Positions 26,094 through 32,000 of a stretch of DNA of 32,000 nucleotides are shown piece after piece (position 1 is the stretch's first letter; each line of letters begins with the position of its first letter). Position numbers and translations under genes: made by a program. The notes under the pieces were generated by a model. The model did no database searches. It was not told the DNA's origin and saw only the letters and a list, made by a program, of their open reading frames with translations. Source of the DNA: Micrococcus luteus NCTC 2665 (lineage in GTDB: Bacteria; Actinomycetota; Actinomycetes; Actinomycetales; Micrococcaceae); NCBI RefSeq assembly GCF_000023205.1, contig NC_012803.1, forward strand, positions 1,710,001 to 1,742,000, in the 5' to 3' direction.

Positions 26094-26576
26094 ATGGAGC
26101 TGCACGACGACGTCGCCCCGTACGCCTTCCTCCTCGGCACGTGGACCGGCCCGGGCCGCGGCCACTACCCGACGATCGAGCCGTTCACGTACACCGAGAC
26201 GCTCACGTTCGCCGCGCTCCCGGGCAAGCCGTTCCTGCGCCTGGAGCAGCGCACCGCCTCCCCCGAGGGCCGGCCGATGCACACCGAAGTGGGCTTCCTC
26301 CGGTTCCCGGGGGCGCACGGCGTCGAGCTCGTCCTCGCCCAGCCGACCGGCCAGACGGAGCTGCTCGAGGGCGAGTCGTCCGCGGACCGGCGGACGCTGA
26401 CCCTGGCCAGCACGTCCGTGGCCCGCACCGCCACGGCCAAGCGCGTCGACGCCACCGAGCGCGTCTACACCCTCGACGAGGCCGGCACGCGGCTGCGCAC
26501 GCTGTTCCGCATGGCCGCCGTCGGCGAGGACATGACGGACCACCTGCACAGCGACCTGATCAAGGAGGAGCGATGA
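26094..26576 (+). CDS. Nitrobindin / FABP-family haem-binding beta-barrel protein (DUF1794; peroxynitrite isomerase type)
   Basis: MELHDDVAPYAFLLGTWTGPGRGHYPTIEPFTYTETLTFAALPGKPFLRLEQRT... is the hallmark N-terminus (LxGxWxGxGxGxYPTI) of bacterial nitrobindins; 160 aa. Confidence 0.85.
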   Translation: MELHDDVAPYAFLLGTWTGPGRGHYPTIEPFTYTETLTFAALPGKPFLRLEQRTASPEGRPMHTEVGFLRFPGAHGVELVLAQPTGQTELLEGESSADRRTLTLASTSVARTATAKRVDATERVYTLDEAGTRLRTLFRMAAVGEDMTDHLHSDLIKEER

Positions 26577-26800
26577 GCGAGAAGAAGAAGGACCAGGACT
26601 TCAAGGTCGGAGACCACGTCGGCTGGAACTCGGAGGCCGGGCAGGTCTCCGGGGTCATCACGAAGAAGCACACGAAGGACGTCGAGTACAAGGGCCACAT
26701 GCGCCGGTGCTCCCCCGAGGATCCGCAGTACGAGATCAAGTCGGACAAGACGGACCACGTCGCGATGCACAAGGGCAGCGCGCTGCACCGCATCGACTGA
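26573..26800 (+). CDS. DUF2945 family small protein (Tudor/SH3-like 'hypervirulence-associated' domain)
   Basis: FKVGDHVGWNSEAGQVSGVITKKHTKDVEYKGHMRRCSPEDPQYEIKSDKTDHVAMHKGSALHRI; 75 aa. AAGGAGGAG SD, and an ATGA overlap with the nitrobindin stop. Confidence 0.8.
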   Translation: MSEKKKDQDFKVGDHVGWNSEAGQVSGVITKKHTKDVEYKGHMRRCSPEDPQYEIKSDKTDHVAMHKGSALHRID

Positions 26801-26845
26801 CGCGCCGCTCGCGCGCAGAGCGCGCACCGCGTGGGACGCCCGGGC

Positions 26846-27838
26846 TCAGGCGCGGGCGTTCTGCGATTCCGGGTCCAGGGGCGCGTGGGCGGGGTTGGAC
26901 AGGGAGAGCACGACGGCGGCCACGCGCGGGTGCTCGAGGAGGGCGTCCTCCACGCGCTGGAGCAGGACCGCGGCCTCGCTCTCCCGCTCGTCCCCGGCCA
27001 GGTCCACGGCCCCGACGACGAAGAGCTTCTCCGGGCCGACGTACTCGAGGTGCAGGTAGCTCACGGAGAGCACCTCGGGCCGCTCCAGCAGCCAGCGCAG
27101 CACCCGGGTCCGGACCGCCGGGTCGGCGACCTCGCCGACGAGGAACGCCATGTTCCGCGAGAGCAGGAAGATCGCGACGACCCCGAGCAGCACTCCCACG
27201 AGGATCGAGCCGGCGGCGTCCCACCGGGGGTCCCCGGTGAGCTGGTGCAGGGCGAGGGCGGCCGCCGCGATGACCAGGCCGATCAGGGCCGAGGCGTCCT
27301 CCACCCACACGGCGCGCAGGGTGGGGTCCGAGGTCTGGCGCAGGAACGTGGCATCGCTGATGTGCCGCCGCTCCGCGTCGCGGCGGACGCGCCGGTGCGC
27401 GTTCAGGAACGAGATGCCCTCGAGCACGAACGCGACGGCGAGCACGATGTACGCGATCGTGTACTCCGCCTCCTCCTCAGGGGCGGACCAGGCCGTGATC
27501 CCGTGCCAGACCGAGACCGCCGAGCCCACCGCGAACAGGCCGAAGGCCGCGACCATCGACCACACGTAGGCCGCCCGCCCGTAGCCCAGCGGGTGCCGCG
27601 CGTCGGGGACTCGGCCGGCCCGACGCTCCGCCAGCAGCAGGAAGACCTCATTGCCGGCATCGGCCCAGGAGTGCGCGGCCTCCGCCACCATCGCGGCTGA
27701 GCCGGTGACCGCACCCACGATCGACTTGACGACGGCGATCACCGCGTTCACACCGAGGGCGATCAGGACGGTCAGCAGGCTCTCGCCGCCGGTCTCGGCG
27801 GCGGGCGAGGCGGAGTGAGCGGGCGGGGTGCGGGTCAT
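26846..27838 (-). CDS. Cation diffusion facilitator (CDF) family metal efflux transporter
   Basis: LIALGVNAVIAVVKSIVGAVTGSAAMVAEAAHSWADAGNEVFLLLAER...HPLGYGRAAYVWS... is the CDF TM1-TM2 HxxxD signature, with a C-terminal cytoplasmic domain; 330 aa. Confidence 0.88.
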   Translation of the reverse strand: MTRTPPAHSASPAAETGGESLLTVLIALGVNAVIAVVKSIVGAVTGSAAMVAEAAHSWADAGNEVFLLLAERRAGRVPDARHPLGYGRAAYVWSMVAAFGLFAVGSAVSVWHGITAWSAPEEEAEYTIAYIVLAVAFVLEGISFLNAHRRVRRDAERRHISDATFLRQTSDPTLRAVWVEDASALIGLVIAAAALALHQLTGDPRWDAAGSILVGVLLGVVAIFLLSRNMAFLVGEVADPAVRTRVLRWLLERPEVLSVSYLHLEYVGPEKLFVVGAVDLAGDERESEAAVLLQRVEDALLEHPRVAAVVLSLSNPAHAPLDPESQNARA

Positions 27839-27969
27839 CCTTCGAGTCTGCCCCTGCAGGCGGGTGCCGGACCAGGCTCGCCGTGTCCGGGCCCGCCGGT
27901 CCAGGAGCGCGAGATCGGGTCCACGCGGATCGGCGTCGCCGAGCCCGTGAGGTCTCCGCGTGCGCGGCC

Positions 27970-27975
27970 TAGCGT
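27970..27975 (+). promoter_or_regulatory. -10 hexamer TAGCGT for the leaderless saccharopine-dehydrogenase-family gene
   Basis: TAGCGT ggggcc ATG(27982). Confidence 0.4.
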
Positions 27976-27981
27976 GGGGCC

Positions 27982-29112
27982 ATGACGGATTCTCCCCTGC
28001 ACCTCGACCGCCCCGACGCCCCCCGCATCATCGTGCTCGGTGCGACGGGCTACGCCGGATCCCTCGTCGTGGACGCCCTCGTGGCCCAGGGTGCACGGCC
28101 CGTGCTGGCGGGCCGGAACCGGGACACGCTCCAGCAGGCGGCGAAGCGGCACGAGGGGCTGGAGGTCGCCGTCGCCGACGCCGGGGACCCCGCCTCGCTG
28201 AGGGCCCTGGTCACGGAGGGTGATGTGCTGGTCTCCACGGTCGGCCCCTTCGAACGCTACGGCCGGCCGGTCGCCCGCGCCGCCGCGGAGCGGGGCGCGC
28301 ACTACGTGGACTCGACCGGTGAGGTCGGCTTCGTGAAGGACCTCAAGGCGGACCTGGACGCCACCGCCCGACGCACGGGCGCCGCCCTGCTGCCCGCCCT
28401 CGGCTTCGACTACGCGCCGGGCATGCTGGCGGGCGGGCTCGCGCTGGCGGACGCCGCCGGATGGGCACGGTCCCTGCAGATCGGCTACTTCGCCGACGGC
28501 GAGCTGGACCCGCGCGTCGACCTCAGCCACGGGACGCGCCAAACGATGGTGGACGCCCTCACCGAGCGAGCCATCACTTGGCGCGGCGGGCGACTGGCGA
28601 CGACGGGCCTGGCCAGCCGATCGGCGGTCTTCCGGGTCGACGGGCAGGACCGCCGCGGCGTGCTGTTCGGCGGCACGGAGTCCCTGTTCCTGCCGCGGAT
28701 GCAGCCCGGCCTGGACGAGGTCGAGGTCTTCAACGGCTGGTTCCCGGCCCGGCCCACGCAGATCGGCGCCGCCGCCCTCGGCGCGGTGGGGTGGCTCCCC
28801 GGCGTCGCCCGCGGCGTGCAGGCCCTGCTGCGGCCCCTGGCCGGGGACCCGGGTGGCCCCGACGCCGCGGACCGGGCCCGCACGGGCTCCCGGGTCGGGG
28901 CGATCGCGCGCGACGCGGCCGGCCGCGTCGTGGCGGACGTCCACCTGAGCGGCCCCAACGCCTACACGTTGACCGGTGACCTCATGGCCTGGGGGGCCCG
29001 GCAGCTCGCCGCAGGCCGGGCCCGCGAGGCCGGCGTCGTCAGCCCGATCCAGGCGTTCGGCCTCGAGGACTTCGAGACGGCCTGCGCCGCGGCCGGCCTG
29101 GTGCGGGCATGA
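27982..29112 (+). CDS. Saccharopine dehydrogenase NADP-binding domain protein (trans-acting enoyl reductase-like)
   Basis: RIIVLGATGYAGSLVVDALVAQGARPVLAGRNRDTL...DVLVSTVGPFERYGRPVARAAAERGAHYVDSTGE; 376 aa. Confidence 0.85.
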   Translation: MTDSPLHLDRPDAPRIIVLGATGYAGSLVVDALVAQGARPVLAGRNRDTLQQAAKRHEGLEVAVADAGDPASLRALVTEGDVLVSTVGPFERYGRPVARAAAERGAHYVDSTGEVGFVKDLKADLDATARRTGAALLPALGFDYAPGMLAGGLALADAAGWARSLQIGYFADGELDPRVDLSHGTRQTMVDALTERAITWRGGRLATTGLASRSAVFRVDGQDRRGVLFGGTESLFLPRMQPGLDEVEVFNGWFPARPTQIGAAALGAVGWLPGVARGVQALLRPLAGDPGGPDAADRARTGSRVGAIARDAAGRVVADVHLSGPNAYTLTGDLMAWGARQLAAGRAREAGVVSPIQAFGLEDFETACAAAGLVRA

Positions 29113-29140
29113 TCCCGACGTCTGACCCCGCCCGCGGCCC

Positions 29141-30793
29141 TCAGCGAGGACGGCGGCGGGGGCGGCTGATCCAGGCCAGATAGGCGCTGCCGCCGGTCAG
29201 CGCGGCGCCGCCGGCGGCCACCACCGGCCCGGCGAAGCGGCCGAGCCGGTCCTTGTACGCCACGAGCACGTTCGTGCCCCCGGTGATCATCGCGGCCACC
29301 ACCATGGCGGCCACCACCCGGTCGCCCGTCCGTTCGAGGCGCGTCACGAGCGGCTCGAGCTCGCTCGCGCGGACGGTGACGTCGATCCCGCCGTCGTCGA
29401 TGCGTTCCATCACCTTGCGGGCGTACTCCGGCAGGTCGATGCCGAGTTCGGCCGCCGCGATCGTGGCCCGGCCGATCCGGCCCGCCACCCGCCGGGGGTC
29501 GAGGTGCTCCCCCACGAGGCGCAGGGCGAACGGGTCGAGCACGCGGGTGTAGTCGAAGCCGGGGTGCAGGCGGCGGCCGATGCCGTCCACGATGATCAGC
29601 ATCCGCAGCAGCTGCACGAGCTCGGGCGGCAGGGACAGCCGGTGGCGCCGCACGAGGGCGAAGATCTCCGAGACCAGCTGCGCCACGCGGATGTCCTCGA
29701 GCTCGCGTCCCTCGAGGCGGCCGACGATCCGGGCCACCTCCAGCCGGAGCCGACGGCGGTCCACCGGGCCGCGCGGCGGGGCGATGTCCAGCAGGGCCCG
29801 CACCAGCCCGTCGGTGTCCTGCCGGGCCAGCGCCATGGCCAGGCCCGCGAACCGGCGCCGGAGGGACGGGGAGATCCGCCCGACGGAGCCGAAGTCGATG
29901 AACCCGACGGTCCCGTCCGGCTCGATGAACAGGTTGCCGGCGTGCGGGTCCGCATGGAACACGCCGTGCTCGAACACCATGGCCAGCAGCACCTCGGCGG
30001 CCCGGTACGCCAGCTCCTCCCGGTCGATGCCGGCGGCGTCGAGTCCGGCCAGGTCGTCCACGCGCAGCCCGGAGAGCTCCTGCATGGTCAGCACGCGCGA
30101 GGTGGTCAGGTCCCACTCGATCCACGGGAACCGCACGCCCGGGGTGTCCCGGAAGCCTGCTGCGATCTCCTCGCAGGCCCGCGCCTCCACCACGTAGTCG
30201 AGCTCGGCGCGCAGGGAGCGGTCGAACTCGTCCACCATGGTCGGCACGTCCAGGTCGGCGACGGTCCGCGAGGCCCGCGACCACGTGGCCGCCAGCGTCC
30301 GCAGGATCTCCAGGTCCGCCTGGACCTGCTCCACCACACCGGGCTTGCGGACCTTCACGACGACGGAGCGCCCGTCATGCAGGCGCGCACGGTGAGCCTG
30401 GCCGATGGAGGCGGTGGCCAGGGGCGCCCGGTCGAACCAGGCGAACAGGGTGTCGACGTCGGCGCCGAGGTCCTCCTCCACCGTCCGGGCGATGGCCTCG
30501 AAGGGCACCGCCGTCGTGCTGTCCGTGAGGCGGGCGAATGCCGCGCAGTAGGCCTCGGGGAACAGGTCCGGGCGCGCCGAGATCAGCTGCCCGAGCTTCA
30601 CGAAGGTGACGCCCAGCTCCTCGAACGTGCGCACGAACAGCTCGGGGCGGGCCTCGGCGTCGATGCCCAGGTGCGGCTCCCCCTCCTCGAGGGGCAGCCA
30701 CCGGGAGAGCCCGGCCTGCACGGCCGTGGCCATGAGGCCGTTGCGGGCCATGACGTGGGCGATCTCGCGGTAGCGCTGCAGGTGGAGGGCCAT
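29141..30793 (-). CDS. ABC1/AarF/UbiB atypical kinase family protein with C-terminal TM segments
   Basis: FVKLGQLISARPDLFP...PLATASIGQAHRARLHDGRSVVVKVRKPG...FHADPHAGNLFIEPDGTVGFIDFGSVG. ATG 30793 has a TAGCGT-7 nt leaderless context. GTG 30802 is the track start. Confidence 0.88.
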   Translation of the reverse strand: MALHLQRYREIAHVMARNGLMATAVQAGLSRWLPLEEGEPHLGIDAEARPELFVRTFEELGVTFVKLGQLISARPDLFPEAYCAAFARLTDSTTAVPFEAIARTVEEDLGADVDTLFAWFDRAPLATASIGQAHRARLHDGRSVVVKVRKPGVVEQVQADLEILRTLAATWSRASRTVADLDVPTMVDEFDRSLRAELDYVVEARACEEIAAGFRDTPGVRFPWIEWDLTTSRVLTMQELSGLRVDDLAGLDAAGIDREELAYRAAEVLLAMVFEHGVFHADPHAGNLFIEPDGTVGFIDFGSVGRISPSLRRRFAGLAMALARQDTDGLVRALLDIAPPRGPVDRRRLRLEVARIVGRLEGRELEDIRVAQLVSEIFALVRRHRLSLPPELVQLLRMLIIVDGIGRRLHPGFDYTRVLDPFALRLVGEHLDPRRVAGRIGRATIAAAELGIDLPEYARKVMERIDDGGIDVTVRASELEPLVTRLERTGDRVVAAMVVAAMITGGTNVLVAYKDRLGRFAGPVVAAGGAALTGGSAYLAWISRPRRRPR

Positions 30794-30800
30794 GACGCCC

Positions 30801-30806
30801 ACGCTA
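30801..30806 (-). promoter_or_regulatory. -10 hexamer TAGCGT for the leaderless ABC1 kinase gene
   Basis: The minus strand reads TAGCGT gggcgtc ATG(30793). Confidence 0.4.
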
Positions 30807-30836
30807 CCGACCGCGCGGAGGGACGGGCCCCGCCGC

Positions 30837-32000
30837 TCAGTCGGCGTACCGCAGGGCGCCCGGCCGGGCCCGCGCGTCGGCCCCGATCCGCACCCCGTCC
30901 GCGAGCGCGCCCGCCGCCCGCAGCTCCCGCAGCCTCGCCAGCACCCGGTCCCGCACGTCCCACGGGCTGAGGGTGTTGACGTTGATCTTGGTGGCGCCCT
31001 CGAAGCCGGCGAGTGTGGAGACGCGCCACTTAAGCATCACGCGCCAGGGCATCGGGGACGCGACGCCGGGCGGGCGGGTGTGCCATTCCTCGTTGGAGGG
31101 GACGTCGGGCCCGGTGGCCGCGTGGGCGGCGTGCAGCAGGTCGGACAGGGCGCGCAGCTCGGCCGCGGACTGCCGCCACGGCTGCCCCACCGGGCTCGTG
31201 GAGTAGACCTCGACCGTCGGGTACCGGTGGCCGAAGCCGGCGAACATCACGGCGTGCTCGTTGGCGGCGATCACGAGGTCGTGCGCCACGGCCACGTCCA
31301 GCGCGGCGTGGTTGAACACCTGCGGGTCCTCGCGCAGCCGGTCCAGGGCGGCGGCGTTCTGCGCGCCGACCTCGTCGATGGCCACGAGCTGCTTGTGCAG
31401 GTGGTCGAAGGAGGCGCCGGCGGGCTTGAGCCAGTTCTGGAACACGGAGACGTACCGCACGGCGGGCGTGGTCGCGTAGAGGTCCCGCATCGCGTCGGCG
31501 GTCAGGGCCAGGAACGCGTGGTGCTCGTCCGGGGTGAGGGTGCCCGAGGAGGCGAGCTGGTGGTCGTCGACGGCACCGTCGACGAAGTGCCGCCGGGCGA
31601 TCACGACGTCGTGCGTGCCGCCGAAGAACGCGGCCGACGCCGCGATCAGCTCCGCTTCGGACGTCGCCGCCGCCTCCTCGGCGGAGCGGCCGGAGGCGCG
31701 CAGCTTCGCGGCGACGACGGCGCGCACATGGGCGCGGCCGGCCTCGGTGGCCAGGTACTCGTCACGACGGCGGCGCGCGTCCGGGGAGGGTTCGTAGCCG
31801 TGGTTGAGACGCCAGTAGTCGTAGCTGAGGATCTCGAAGAGGTTGGGGACCCGCCGGAAGGCGGGGGTCGTCTCCCCGAGCTGCTCCGCGGCCAGGTGCC
31901 GCAGGATCTGCCAGGCCGGGGCGCCGTCGTCGGCCCTCGTGGAGACGATGCGTGACTTCTCCGGCGGCGTCTCCAGCAGGCGGTGCTCGCAGAAGGCACA
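30837..32000 (-). CDS. DUF4921 / galactose-1-phosphate uridylyltransferase-like HIT-superfamily protein. The 5' end lies outside the window.
   Basis: The track lists only 30837..31727 (from an internal GTG). Manual translation stays open to position 32000: CAFCEHRLLETPPEKSRIVSTRADDGAPAWQILRHLAAEQLGETTPAFRRVPNLFEILSYDYWRLNHGYEP... It has a CxFC N-terminal metal-site-like motif and a SFDHLHKQLVAIDE (HxHxQ) active-site-like motif. Confidence 0.75.
   Translation of the reverse strand, partial: CAFCEHRLLETPPEKSRIVSTRADDGAPAWQILRHLAAEQLGETTPAFRRVPNLFEILSYDYWRLNHGYEPSPDARRRRDEYLATEAGRAHVRAVVAAKLRASGRSAEEAAATSEAELIAASAAFFGGTHDVVIARRHFVDGAVDDHQLASSGTLTPDEHHAFLALTADAMRDLYATTPAVRYVSVFQNWLKPAGASFDHLHKQLVAIDEVGAQNAAALDRLREDPQVFNHAALDVAVAHDLVIAANEHAVMFAGFGHRYPTVEVYSTSPVGQPWRQSAAELRALSDLLHAAHAATGPDVPSNEEWHTRPPGVASPMPWRVMLKWRVSTLAGFEGATKINVNTLSPWDVRDRVLARLRELRAAGALADGVRIGADARARPGALRYAD

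Noticed and set aside
26084-26096. An identical 11-mer TGAGGGCCATG at the starts of nitrobindin (26084-26096 region) and the PolA-like gene (20763-20775 region).
   Set aside because: It is short, and both copies sit in the -10-to-ATG spacer of leaderless-type starts. One 11-mer coincidence among about 30 start regions is not compelling without genome-wide statistics.

Overview
This is a very GC-rich chromosomal segment (third codon positions almost all G/C). By inference it is actinobacterial, probably Micrococcales-like. About 31 protein-coding features tile the window almost without gaps. I found no rRNA, tRNA, CRISPR array, IS element, integrase or obvious compositional island.

Gene content, in order:
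- a peptide-type ABC substrate-binding lipoprotein (partial, at the edge)
- a CrtI-like flavoprotein
- zupT
- a tpx-htrA pair
- a patatin lipase
- a PACE efflux protein
- ferritin
- a DUF808 protein
- a YbfF-like esterase
- an nrtR(ndnR)-nadA-nadC-nadS NAD operon
- a 5'-truncated PhoD remnant
- a 4-gene OpuC-type osmoprotectant ABC operon
- a DAACS symporter
- an MFS sugar porter
- a stand-alone family-A DNA polymerase paralogue
- a DHA2 MFS pump
- arfB
- a beta-lactamase-fold hydrolase
- a nitrobindin-DUF2945 pair
- a CDF transporter
- a saccharopine-dehydrogenase-family protein
- an ABC1/UbiB kinase
- a DUF4921/GalT-like gene (partial, at the edge)

Caveats on the ORF track:
- It prints M for GTG starts.
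- It extends many ORFs far upstream of the real start.
- It contains kilobase-scale shadow ORFs typical of high-GC DNA.
- It omits the two genes that run off the window edges.

I see no convincing new multi-gene system such as a defence island. The items most worth follow-up are:
- the poorly characterised PolA-like paralogue
- two Shine-Dalgarno (SD)-preceded upstream ORFs (uORFs) whose stop codons overlap the downstream start (ATGA), lying in two ~229-bp divergent intergenic regions that also share short motifs
- a 5' frame problem in the flavoprotein gene
- a PhoD gene remnant
- an unusually high density of leaderless-type starts (TANNNT, then 6-8 nt, then ATG/GTG)
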